This document shows, one piece after another, positions 50,306 to 61,584 of a DNA stretch of 64,000 nt. The first letter of the stretch is position 1; each line of letters opens with the position of its first letter. Source of the stretch: Somniosus microcephalus (lineage: Eukaryota); assembly GCA_052327205.1 (NCBI GenBank), contig CM126205.1:19654001-19718000 (forward strand), read 5' to 3'. The notes under the pieces were generated by a model. That model did no database searches. It had not been told where the DNA came from and saw nothing but the letters and a program-made list of their open reading frames with translations. The position numbers and the translations under genes are program-made.

Positions 50306-50573
50306 AAACTCTTCTGCAGTTAACCCGGGCACCTAATTCAACCTGATCCTGTCAGCGGTTATTAACTTGCAAGCGATGCCCAGAAATAACTCTTGTCTGT
50401 ACATTTTTAATTGACTAACCCTCTTCACGATGCCGTTGTCTATGTTCTACTGGGGTCAAACTGAATCCACTAAGTGGAATATTATATAGCAATTACAATG
50501 GAAAGAGGTCTGGAATTTCTCCCAATGTCGTTGCCAAAGACAGATAGACCATGATTCTGGGCAATAAACTTAC

Positions 50574-50636
50574 TCGGTTCAACAGTAAGTCTGGTCCCAG
50601 GTCCAAATATCAGCTTGAATCCCGTTGCATCTGTCA
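50574..50636 (-). CDS. TRAJ: J67: TDATGFKLIFGPGTRLTVEP
   Basis: GT donor; RSS CACAGCA-12-ACAAAAACC. Confidence 0.94.
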
Positions 50637-51079
50637 CACAGCAATCAGCCTCATGACAAAAACCTCCTCATTTGTGATAAGCTGCCACTTCCGTGTTATT
50701 GTAATAATATAATAAACCCACTCAATATTTGCTTTATAAAAAAAAAGCACTTTAACCTATTCGCATTTCGTATTATTGACAATCTTCATCCTATATGACT
50801 GTTCAGTTCTCTATCGGTCTTGTCTATTATCTCATGTTTTTTCTCTCTCTCCACCATTCTTTCGTGATAGGGATGCAAAAGAATATATAACTGACTTACT
50901 CCCATCTCTTGCTAGTGTTTTGTAGGTTTATGTGTATTTCCTGCAATGTTAAAGATGTACAGGGACGGTTGGAAATGTAGAAGCAGCTATTTCTACTGTA
51001 CAATATATAAGGCAAGCCTCAAGCGATTTCAGCCAATATTAGTCCCATTATTAAATGCATAATACGTTCGGATACTCAC

Positions 51080-51141
51080 TTGGCTCCACTGTCAGTTTTG
51101 TTCCATTCCCAAAGGTTAGCTTGCTAACGCCTGAAGCTACC
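51080..51141 (-). CDS. TRAJ: J68: VASGVSKLTFGNGTKLTVEP
   Basis: GTGAGT donor; RSS CACAGCG-12-ACAAAAACC. Confidence 0.94.
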
Positions 51142-51479
51142 CACAGCGTTGCTCTCCCTAACAAAAACCCCAGCCCCCGATTGCATTAGCAGACGCCAAG
51201 CAATTGCCGTCTCCAAGTTCACAATCACACAATTAATATACTTCATTTGGAAAAGAACCCTAAAAGGTTACACTTAGATATTTATATTTATCTTTATTTA
51301 CATTTATTAATTGATTCGCTTTCTGCTCCCCAAAGTTCGGGTTATCCTTTTCTCCCACCGTTGTTATCGGGGTCAGAATCAAACAGTTTCATGCGAAACC
51401 GAGTAAAGTGCGAAGTAAAGTTGTTTTATTCCCCCGTCTATACATCGGAACGGGGGTAGCTCAATTAACAGAAGAGATG

Positions 51480-51710
51480 GAGAGACTGGAGAAGCTGGGG
51501 TTATTCTCCTTAGAGCAGAGAAGGTTAAGAGGAGATTTGATAGAGGTGTTCACAATTATGAGAGGTTTAGATAGAGTAAATAAGGAGAAACTGTTTCCAA
51601 TGCTGGGAGGGTCAGTAACCAAAGGACACAGATTTAAGGTGATTGGCAAAAGAAACAGAGGCGAGATGAGGAAACTTTTCCTTACCCTGCGAGTTGTTGT
51701 GATCTGCAAT
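51480..51710 (+). mobile_element. CR1 ORF2 C-terminal fragment
   Basis: LGLFSLEQRRLRGDLIEVF..TKGHRFKV translation. Confidence 0.85.
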
Positions 51711-51714
51711 GCAT

Positions 51715-52030
51715 CACCCTCAGTACTGCCCCCTCCGACAGTGCGGCACTCCCTCAGTACTGCCCCCTCCAACAGTGCAGCGCTCCCTCAGTACTGCCCC
51801 TCTGACAGGGCAGCGCTCCTTCAGTACTGCCCCTCTGGCAGTGCAGTGCTCCCTCAGTACTGCCCCTCTGACAGTGCAGCGCTCCCTCAGTACTCCCCGT
51901 CCGACAGTGCAGCGCACCCTCAGTACTGCCCCCCCCGATAGTGCAGCTCTCCCTCAGTACTGCCCCTCTGACAGTGCAGCGCTCCCTCAGTACTGCCCCT
52001 CCGACAGTGTAGCGTTCCCTCAGCACTGCA
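51715..52030. repeat. 33-bp minisatellite, about 9-10 copies (cagtactgcccctctgacagtgcagcgctccct), abutting a minus-strand tRNA-SINE head (~52030-52130)
   Basis: Direct tandem repeats visible; followed by gggacttgaacccataacctactgactcagag (reverse B-box-like). Confidence 0.9.
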
Positions 52031-52450
52031 CTGGATGCCAGCCTGGATTTTTGTGCTCAAGTCTCTGGAGAGGGACTTGAACCCATAACCTACTGACTCA
52101 GAGATGAGAGAATGCTACCATCTGAATGACGGCGGACACTTGTGTACTGTGCAGTTCTGTACTTTGGATTTATCCCGTCCATAAATAAACCTGGCGTTAT
52201 TTATTCAGGTTGTTATACATGAGTTATATCTAAATAATGCAACATTCATTCATTCATTCCGCTCTCTCTTTACTCTATTTTAGTGGAATTGAACTTCCTG
52301 ATTTTGCACCATGTTTGTGCATAATCCTGGAGAATAAAAGGACGTGTATCTGATTATCAACAATTTCCTTAAATATTCTAAGTTCCTGCAGAAAGCTTCT
52401 GCTTCTGCTAGCTTTTCTCTAATTGCAAAAACCCATCTCCCAATACTCAC

Positions 52451-52519
52451 TCGGCTCGACAGTCAGTTTGGTTCCCCTCCCAAATAATAGCTTGTTCAGC
52501 CCGCTTCCGCCATAGTTCA
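52451..52519 (-). CDS. TRAJ: J69: NYGGSGLNKLLFGRGTKLTVEP
   Basis: GTGAGT donor; RSS CACAGCC-12-ACAAAAACT. Confidence 0.94.
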
Positions 52520-53139
52520 CACAGCCTGAGATACCTTTACAAAAACTCAGCTAAGACTGGTGATCCATCGGCAGTTTTTTTTGTTTCAGGACCTCAGCAC
52601 AGTATGCGTGCCCTGAAGCAATTTATGTTCCAATCTCTAACCCCCCTTCTTTCATATCCCTCCATGTATTTCTGTATTTTTCCCCTTATCTCTCTCTCTT
52701 TCGCGAGAAAAAAAAAACCCTTTGGGAATAGTTTTGAAACCGCCGGTCGCGAAACTGAGCAAAGCGGGTCGGCCACCGGTTTTACACTCCGCCCGACTTG
52801 ACTCTATTTTTGCTCACCCGGTGTTACTTGAGATGCCCCAAGCAAGTTACAGCCATTAAAAGGACATGCTCGCATCCTATTAGTTTGGGTTGGTGCCCAA
52901 CCCATTTCTCACAAGAGAAGGGAACTTGTCCAAAACTACGGAACCAGCCAGTGTCCGATCATAGAAGGTATACCTTCGTACCCTGGGTCCAAGGCTGGAG
53001 TTTGAACGCAGGTTCCGTTGTGTGAAAGGACGGCGCTCGACTCAATGCACCAGCTAGGCCCACAGCTGAGCGCGAGCACCTTCATGCCTCTATCTATAAT
53101 GGATTTTGAGACTATAGTTTCTACATAGCTCTACAAAAT

Positions 53140-54390
53140 TCTACATAGTATTTACAGCACAGAAAGAGGCCATTCGGCCCAGCAGGTCCATGCCGGTGTT
53201 TAGGCGCCACACAAGCCTCCTCCCATCCTTCTTCATCTCACCCCATCAACATATCCTTCTATTCCTTTCTCCCTCACGTCTTTATCTAGCTTCCCCTTAA
53301 ATGCTATTCGCCTCAACTACTCCTTGTGGTGGCGAGTTCCACTTTGTAACCACTCTCTGGGTAAAGAAGTTTCTCCTGAATTCAGTATTGGATTGATTAC
53401 TGATAATCTTATATTAGTTCTGGTATCCCCTGCAAGTGGTAAGATCTTCTCTACGTCTGCCCTATCAAGCCCTTTCATAATCTTAAAGACCTCTATCAAG
53501 TCACCCCTTAATCTTCTCTTTTCTAGAGAACTGAGCCCCAGCCTGTTCAATCTTTCCTGATAGGTATAACGTCTCAGCTCTGGTATCATCTCAGTAAATA
53601 CTTTTTGAACCTTCTCCAGTTCCTCTATATTTTGCTTAGAATATGGAGATCAGAACTGTTCACAATCCTCCAAAAGGTCTAACCAAGGTTCTATACCACT
53701 TTAATATACCTTCTCTGCTTTTCAATTCTATCCCTCACGAAATGAACCCCAATGCTTTGTTTGCTTTTTAATTAACCTTATTAGCAACAGTGGCTACGTT
53801 TAGTGATTTGTGAATCTGGTTTCTGATTAACCTGTTATGTTTACATATCTATATTCCTTGATGACCCATTGAACTAAATACTTCAGGAAGGATGTGAAGG
53901 CCCTTGTGAGGGTGCAGTGGAGATTTACCAGAACGGTTCCAGGGATCTTAGCTGCAAGGACAGGTTGGCGAAGCTGGATTTGTTTTCATTAGAGCAGAGG
54001 AGGTTGAGGGGTGATTTGATAGAGGTGTACAAGATTATGACGGGTTTGGATAGGCTAGACGTGGAAAGGCTGTTCCCACTAGTTGATGGTACAAGGACTA
54101 GGGGACACAGAATTAATGTTTTGGGCAAGAGATACAGGGGGGGTGTGAGGAAAAACTTTTTTACGCAGCGAGTGGTGAGGACCTGGAACTCGCTGCCGAC
54201 GGAAGTGGTGGAAGCGGAGACACTCAATGTTTTCAAGGGGGGACTGGATAGGCACTTGAGGGAAATAAACTTGCAGGGCTACGGGGATAGAGTGCGGGAA
54301 TGGGACTGACTGGATTTCTCTACAGAGAGCTGGCACGGACTCGATGGGCCGAATGGCCTCCTTCTGTGTCATTATTACTCTATGACTCCT
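53140..54390. mobile_element. Two CR1 fragments in opposite orientation (~53140-53810 minus; ~53880-54390 plus)
   Basis: ORFs 53317-53589(-) and 53917-54309(+) contain RRLRGDLIEV motifs. Confidence 0.9.
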
Positions 54391-54540
54391 CTATCTATCC
54401 TCCGGACATCTACAGACTATTCCAACTACGGACACCTTAGTTGTACTCCAATGTTCAACATACTGCATAAAGGTATTACATCGGGACAATTAAGTAATTT
54501 CACAATGGAAATAGTCAGAATCCATAGCTAGAAAACTCAC

Positions 54541-54609
54541 TGGGTTCCACAGTTAACTTGGTTCCACTTCCAAATATCAGCTTGCTGATGCCTCCTGCTC
54601 CATAGTTCA
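54541..54609 (-). CDS. TRAJ: J70: NYGAGGISKLIFGSGTKLTVEP
   Basis: GTGAGT donor; RSS CACAGCC-12-ACGAAAACT. Confidence 0.93.
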
Positions 54610-54927
54610 CACAGCCTTTAACACCTTCACGAAAACTATTGCATACAGGCGGAAGCAAAGAGCGGGAAGCTGCTTCTGTTCCGTAGTGGAGCTTCATTTT
54701 GATTCTTTCCTCAGCACTTAGAGAGAAAAGATAAACATACGAAGCTTTCGCCTTGTCTATCAACTCCCTCCCGCCACACAGCCATCCAACTTTTCAGGTT
54801 GAGTTGCAGTGTTCGTGTCAGTGGCGGGTTTTTACTTCGCTAATAGCTAATTTTCTGAAGTTCCTGTCGCTGTTTTGGCATAGTCAATACAAATCGAGTT
54901 TAGAATAACGAGAATAGTGCTCCAATT

Positions 54928-55870
54928 CATAGAATCATAGAAAGTTACAGCACGGAAGGAGGCCACTTTGGCCCATCGTGTCCGCGCCGGTCGACAAAGA
55001 GCTATCCAACCTAATCCCACTTTCCAGCTCTTGGTCCGTAGCCCTGTAGGTTACGGCACTTCAAGTACATATCCAAGTACTTGTTAAATGTGATGAGGGT
55101 TTCTGCCTCTAACACCCTTTGAGGCAATGAGTTCCAGACCCCCACCACCCTCTGGGTGAAAAGATTTCTCCTCAACTCCCATCTAAACCTCCCAATTACT
55201 TTAAATCTGTGACCCCTGGTTATTGACTCATCTGCTAAGGGAAATAAGTCCTTCCTATCCACTCTATCTAGGCCCCTCATAATTTTATATACCGCAATAA
55301 GTTATCCCCTCAACCTCCTCTGTTCCAAAGTAAATAAATCCAGCCTATCCAATCTTTCCTCGTAGCTAAAATTCCCCAGCCTCTGTAAATCTCCTCTGTA
55401 CCCTCTCTAGTGCAATCACACCCTTCCTGTAATGTGGTGACCAGAACTGCACGCAGTATTCTAGCTGAGGCCTCACTTGTGTTTTATACAGTTGAAGCAT
55501 AACCCCCCTGCTCTTATATTCTATGCCTCGCCTAATAAAGTCAAGTATTCCGCATGCCTTCTTAACCACCTTATCTACCTGGCCTGCTACCTTCAGGGAC
55601 CTGTGGACATGCACTCCAAGGTCCCTTTGTTCCTTTACGCTACTCAGTGTCCTACCATTTAATGTGTATTCCCTTTCCTTGTCAGCCCTCCCCAAACGCA
55701 TTACCTCACACTTCTCCGGATTGAATTCCATTTGCCACTGTTCTGCCCGTCTGACCAATTTATTGATATCTTCTTGCAGTCTACAGCTTTCTTCTTCATT
55801 ATCAACCACACAGCCGATTTTAGTATCATCTGTAAACTTCTTAATCATACCCCCTAAATTCAAGTCAATT
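54928..55870 (-). mobile_element. CR1 LINE fragment including the end of the RT domain
   Basis: KFTDDTK (F/YADD-like), WQMEFNPEKC, RDLGV, VRPQLEYCVQFWSP; (TTCTATGA) tail. Confidence 0.92.
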
Positions 55871-56441
55871 CCTTAATGTGACGGTTTAACTTTGATAATT
55901 TATTTATATATATATATATATACAGATAGATAGTCATATACATCTTGTCAGTCTACAATTAGCAAATTAGAAGCGCAGTAATGCAATTCAGACCAGCCTG
56001 TCGTTAGCTTAGAAATATAAATGATTGACCTCATTATATACTTAAAAATATCATTTCTAAAACCATTTGCCAATACGTGTATGCTTTTTCAAATAAAGGT
56101 TTGAATGTCTCATGTTAAGCGATTATTTGATTAATCAAAGACTGTATATGGAGACACGTAACAGTTTTGTTCGTTTTTTTTAAACAACGGTGCCACTAAA
56201 ATATCACGGGAGAGGATTACATGCTAAGTACTAACCCTCACGTACCTATCCCGATTGGCTATCCTTCATGGCTATGACTTTGATTCATTTCATTTCAATT
56301 TTTCCTATTCAGTCACGGGATGTGAGCGTCGCTGGCAAGGCCAGCATTTATGGCCCATCCCTAATTGCCCGAGAATTAATTAAAAAAACCCATTTGCGTT
56401 GACGGAGAGAAATTCTAAAGATATTGCAAATGACAACTTAC

Positions 56442-56504
56442 TTGGCTGGACAGTCAGTCTAGTTCCACTTCCAAATGTGAGTTTCCCTACTGATCCAGTA
56501 TTCA
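56442..56504 (-). CDS. TRAJ: J71: NTGSVGKLTFGSGTRLTVQP
   Basis: GT donor; RSS CACAGTG-12-ACAAAATCT. Confidence 0.93.
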
Positions 56505-56594
56505 CACAGTGCTAAACCGCTTGACAAAATCTATCCCGCAGTAGGTATAAAGGCATCTGCATTAACATTCACTCGCTTAGGGACACCACGCAGC

Positions 56595-56810
56595 ATTTAT
56601 TGCCCATCCCTAATTGCCCTTGTGAAGGTGGTGGTGAGCCGCCTTCTTGAACTGCTGCAGTCTGTGTGGTGAAGGTACTCCCACAATGCTGTTAGGTCGG
56701 GAATGCCAGGATTTTGACCAAGCGACGAAGAAGGAACGGCCGATAAATTTCCAAGTCAGGATGGTGCGTGTGACTTGGAGGAGAATTTGGAGATGGTGGT
56801 GTTCCCATGC
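56595..56810 (-). mobile_element. SINE/LINE 3'-tail fragment, same tail family as ~60670-60740, ~58445-58520 and ~56315-56370
   Basis: gcatttattgcccatccctaattgccctt..aaggtggtggtgagccgccttcttgaa is the reverse complement of the tail at 60667-60725. Confidence 0.7.
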
Positions 56811-56884
56811 GCGCTACAGAATTGGCGAGCAACAGAATTCTATTGTATGGATGCTGATATCACACTATCCTACACATTACTTAC

Positions 56885-56950
56885 TTGGTACCACATCCAA
56901 TGTAGTCCCTGAGCCAAAGATGAGCTTGTTCCCTGCACCTCCATACGCCA
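56885..56950 (-). CDS. TRAJ: J72: AYGGAGNKLIFGSGTTLDVVP
   Basis: GT donor; RSS CACATCG-12-ACAATAACC. Confidence 0.9.
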
Positions 56951-57444
56951 CACATCGATAAACACCCGAACAATAACCTCAACTATACCTCACCTTCGCC
57001 TATCATTGCTCCTCTTGATTTACAACCAAGAACCTCAGCCTTACCATTCTAGTCACTGGCACAACCAATCGCACATTTCACATCTCAGTAATATGGCTAT
57101 CGATTGTATCAGAAATTATAATGGTATCACCTGCAATATACGACTATTAATTCTATCAATGCTACTAAGCACTCAACAGATCGACCTCCAACGCTAAGCA
57201 CTAATTAGATTATTTTGCACCAATCTTTCTTGTTTGATATGCATGTATTTACGTAACTTTCGCCCGCTTAAATCCCAATTGTTGCCAATAAGTCTAAAAC
57301 CGATGAGGGACATTCAGCGCACATTTATCACCATTTTGAATATTCTTCTTCTTCTCCTCGCCATAACTATAACAATAGGTGGAACCTTTACAGGGAAAAT
57401 TTGACGTTTGAATAATTGCCATGAAATTATTTTCCGATACTTAC

Positions 57445-57510
57445 TGGGTTCTACTAATAATTTCGTTCCGTTTCCGAATATTAACTTGGCAGCTACTCCT
57501 CCATACTTCA
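57445..57510 (-). CDS. TRAJ: J73: KYGGVAAKLIFGNGTKLLVEP
   Basis: GT donor; RSS CACAGTG-12-ACAAAAAAC. Confidence 0.93.
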
Positions 57511-57693
57511 CACAGTGTTAAAGATACTTACAAAAAACCCCATCGGCGCGCAGGAAGTTTAATGTAGAACCGTACAGCACAGAAAGAGGCCACGCAGCAC
57601 ATCGTGCCTGTGCTGGCTGTTTCAAAGTGCTGTACAATTAGCCCCACTCAAAGTGGCTTTTCCCCTACACAGTCCCGCAAATGTATAATCCTT

Positions 57694-57767
57694 CAATCGG
57701 TACCAGGATCGAACTCGCGATCTTGGCATCATGGACAACACGCTCTAACCAACTGAGCTAACCGGCC
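57694..57767 (-). pseudogene. tRNA-Ile(AAT)-derived pseudogene or SINE head
   Basis: Minus strand GGCCGGTTAGCTCAGTTGGTTAGAGCGTG..GCCAAGATCGCGAGTTCGATCC matches vertebrate tRNA-Ile(AAT) from memory; anticodon arm and acceptor 3' strand are mutated. Confidence 0.7.
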
Positions 57768-58585
57768 ATATGGGCAATTATAAGCTGCATTCTCCAATAC
57801 GCATATTCGTCTTTTTGTTATTCCTCTCAAGCCATAAAGCTGTAAATTGTAATTCCATGCAACTGGTCCAATATAGGCATTTGGTGAGAGACTGTCCCAT
57901 TTTGAAGTCATTGAGCCATTTAGTACCATATGCCCACTATCGTGTCTGAATTTGACCCCGATTTCAGATCCTTCAGCTACAATGCATCTCCCCTAAAAGA
58001 TAATGATGCATCAGTGCTAACGTTTACATATTTTTTTCCAGTACTGTTGTATGTTAGAATGGTTTGCCACATGACTCAATCATTGTGCAATAAGGAAGAA
58101 GGTTAGAATTATACTTGTATTAATTCCATCTCAATTTAACGGCGCCAAATGCAGTATATGCTTTTATAAAAGTACTTCATCCTGTCCCTGGTTTTTTGTA
58201 TCGCTTGTCAGTCAAGTATCGCTTAATGTTTGAGAAATATATCATGTGATTTCCCTATGGGATCTCTGATATGGGAGACCCAGTTACGATTTCGCTACAC
58301 GTAACACACAAATAAATCTTATTTCAGTATTGTCATAATTGTCAATTGTGTTCATTATGCTATTCTCATCCTTGCTACTGGACACGCGTGGTTTGTTAAG
58401 AATTACAAGCAATAACATTGACTTAATCTGGGCTAAGAAGATGGCTCACCACCACCTTTTCAAGGGCAACTAGAAATGGGCAATAACGGCTGGCCTGGCT
58501 AGCGACGCCCACATCCCCAGAATTAATTAAAAAACATTGGTGTTGAGGGAGCGAAATGCTAAACAAATTGCAAATGCCAACTTAC

Positions 58586-58645
58586 TCGGCTGGACAGTCA
58601 GTCTAGTTCCACTTCCGAACGTGAGTTTCATTGATCCAGTATTCA
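58586..58645 (-). CDS. TRAJ: J74: NTGSMKLTFGSGTRLTVQP (paralog of J71)
   Basis: GT donor; RSS CACAGTG-12-ACAAAATCT. Confidence 0.93.
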
Positions 58646-58842
58646 CACAGTGCTAAGTCGCTTGACAAAATCTATCCCACAGCAGGTATAAAGAAATTTG
58701 CATTAACAGTCACTCGAGTGCTACTCTTTTTTAAAAGGGACTTATTGCCTGCTCTCATTTTTTAATCAGCCTATTGTGTCAGCGTAGAACGCAACAAAAC
58801 GTGTTAAAGCAGTTTTCAACAAGTTCTTGACGCATTACTTAC

Positions 58843-58902
58843 TGGGTTCGACTGATACCTTCGACCCGCTTCCAAACGTTAGCTTACTACCTGCGTAATT
58901 CA
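58843..58902 (-). CDS. TRAJ: J75: NYAGSKLTFGSGSKVSVEP
   Basis: GT donor; RSS CACAGTG-12-AAAAAAACT. Confidence 0.9.
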
Positions 58903-59556
58903 CACAGTGACAAATTCCATGAAAAAAACTATATTGGTGGATAGCTTGTTTACATTTAACGACTTTGGAGCATAGGATCATAAGAACAGGAATGCGCTAC
59001 TTCAGCCCCTTGAGCCTGTTCCACCATTCTATTCGGTGCTGGCTGATCTGTACCTCAACTCAACTTACTACCCTCGCTCCATATCTCTTGGTACCCTTAC
59101 CTAACATAGGAATATAGGAACAGGAGTAGCTCATTCAGCCCCTACCAACTCTAACAACAATCTATCGATCACAGCCATTAAAAGTGAAAATCACCCAGCA
59201 TCTGGTGTCTTTTGGTGAGGAGATTTCTAAATTCCCACTGCCCTTTGTGTGAATAATGTGCTGCCTGGTTTCATTCCGAAAAGGCTTTGCTCTAATTTTA
59301 AGATTATGCCCCCTTGTTCTGGATTTCCCCATCGGAGCAAATAGATTTTTTTTCTGTATCTTTCGAACGCCTTTATGGTTTCAGCACCTCGATTAGATCA
59401 ATCCCTCAACCTTTTGAACTCCAGGGAAGTTTATACCAGCGATATTCGTAACTTACCTCTTTGAGCCCCGATATCATTCTGCTGAATCTGCACTGTACTG
59501 TATTGTAACCCCTCCAAGGTCAATATATCCTTCCTAAGGTGCATTGCCCAAAACGG

Positions 59557-60741
59557 GCACGGTAGCATAGTGGTTATGTTACTGGACTAGTAATCCAGAG
59601 GCCCGAAATAATGATCTGGAGATGTGTAGTTCAAATTCCATAGTGGTTATGACACTGGACTAGTAATCCAGAGGCCTGAACTAATGATCTGGAGTTGTGT
59701 AGCTCAAATCCCATAGTGGTTATGTTACTGGACTAGTGATCCAGAGGCCTGAACTAATGATCTGGAGTTGTGTAGCTCAAATCCCATAGTGGTTATGTTA
59801 CTGGACTAGTAATCCAGAGGCCTGAACTAATGATCTGGAGATGTGTAGTACAAATCCCATAGTGGTTATGTTACTGGACTAGTAATCCAGGGGCCTGAAC
59901 TAATGATCTGGAGTTGTGTAGCTCAAATCCCATAGTGGTTATGTTACTGGACTAGTAATCCAGAGGCCTGAACTAATGATCTGGAGTTGTGTAGCTCAAA
60001 TCCCATAGTGGTTATGACACTGGACTAGTAATCCAGAGGCCCGAAATAATGATCTGGAGATGTGTAGTTCAAATTCCATAGTGGTTATGACACTGGACTA
60101 GTAATCCAGAGGTCTGAACTAATGATCTGGAGATGTGTAGTTCAAATCCCATAGTGTTTATGACGCTGGACTAGTAATCCAGAGGTCTGAACTAATGATC
60201 TGGAGTTGTGTAGCTCAAATCCCATAGTGGTTATGTTACTGGACTAGTAATCCAGAGGTCTGAACTAATGATCTGGAGATGTGTAGTTCAAATCCCATAG
60301 TGGTTATGTTACTGGACTAGTAATCCAGAGGCCTGAACTAATGATCTGGAGTTGTGTAGCTCAAATCCCATAGTGGTTATGACACTGGACTAGTAATCCA
60401 GAGGCCGGAAATAATGATCTGGTTAGACGTGAGTTCAAATCTCACCGCAGGCAGCTGGGGAATTTAAATTCAATTAATTAAATAAATCTGAAATTAAAAT
60501 CTAGTATCGGTAATGGTGACCATTGAAACTACCAGATTGTCCTAAAAACCCATCTGGTTCACTAATGTTCTTCAGGGAAGGAAACCTGCCATCCTTACCT
60601 GGTCTGGTCTATTTGTGACTCCAGACCCACAGCAACGTGGCTGAGTCTTAACTGCTGTTCTGTGATTCAAGAAGGCGGCTTACCACCTCCTTCTCCAAGG
60701 GCAATTAGGGATGGGCAATAAATGCCAGCCTTGCCAGCGAA
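59557..60741 (+). mobile_element. tRNA-derived SINE whose head is amplified 12-fold; flanked by target-site duplication AAAACGG
   Basis: Starts gcacggtagcatagtggt (A-box-like); body 60445-60740; AAAACGG at ~59550 and ~60742. Confidence 0.8.
59566..60443 (+). repeat. 73-bp tandem repeat, 12 copies (catagtggttatgttactggactagtaatccagaggcctgaactaatgatctggagttgtgtagctcaaatcc)
   Basis: Units start at 59566, 59639, 59712 ... 60369 with an exact 73-bp period and no spacers. Confidence 0.95.
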
Positions 60742-61300
60742 AAAACGGAATGCAGTACTCCATATAGGGTCTGACCAAGGCTCAGTATAATTGAAGCATA
60801 AATTTCTTCACGTTTGGGCTTCCAGCCCCTGTGTGATAAAGGCCAACATTCCATACGTCTTCTTGATTACTTTACCCCATCTTAGTCCGGCTAGCTCCCA
60901 TTTCAACTTCCTGCTACCATCCACACAAGTGACCGTGCCCGCGAACACAGTGTCATCTCAAACGTGGAAATGCAATTCTCTATCCTTTCATCCAAGTCAA
61001 CAATATATATGGTAAAACAAAAGTTGAGACGCCAGGACAGAAGTGGTGGTTTCTGTGCATTTTTCTTAGCATGTTCGAATGCATGCTTTTGTCAAATCCT
61101 ATTTCAATTTGTGGTCTGGGAGACAGACAGAAATAAAAGCAATTCAGAGTGCAGATATATCAATAACTGGATAGCTATACCTTCTGTCTGTTGATCGCTC
61201 TCCTTATAATTAACACCATTTACTAACGCTCACCTATTAGTTTTTTTGTTCAAAAGCAAATAAAGCGTCTAAATATTCCCAAATATGAACGGCTACTTAC

Positions 61301-61366
61301 TGGGCTCCACGATCAGTTTGGTCCCGCTGCCAAACCTCTGCCTCCCAGTACCCGATCCAAATCTCA
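61301..61366 (-). CDS. TRAJ: J76: RFGSGTGRQRFGSGTKLIVEP (atypical; doubled FGSGT)
   Basis: GTAAGT donor; RSS CACAGTA-12-ACAGAAACC. Confidence 0.92.
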
Positions 61367-61584
61367 CACAGTAGTTCACAAGGTGACAGAAACCTCCCAC
61401 ACATCGCTCACTGTCCAACAGGAGTTTCCACATGTCCTTCGGCATCGCTTACACGAGCAGATATTTGGGACACATTTTACCTTCATTCACAATGATGGGG
61501 AAGAATTCCTCTGTTCACTATGTGCAGCACGATAAGCAGGCACGCGTCATTCGGCTAAAGTTAGCGACCAGAGCAATCTCCAAC

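Larger units (their letters stand above)
58975..60880 (-). mobile_element. Old CR1 fragment (~58975-59555 and ~60745-60880) split by a SINE
   Basis: ccttcctaaggtgcattgcccaaaacgg | insert | aaaacggaatgcagtactcc continues the CR1 LEYCxxFW region. Confidence 0.75.

Noticed and set aside
59566-60443. CRISPR-like regular array
   Set aside because: Units are contiguous with no unique spacers, there are no cas genes, the context is vertebrate, and the array runs into a SINE body
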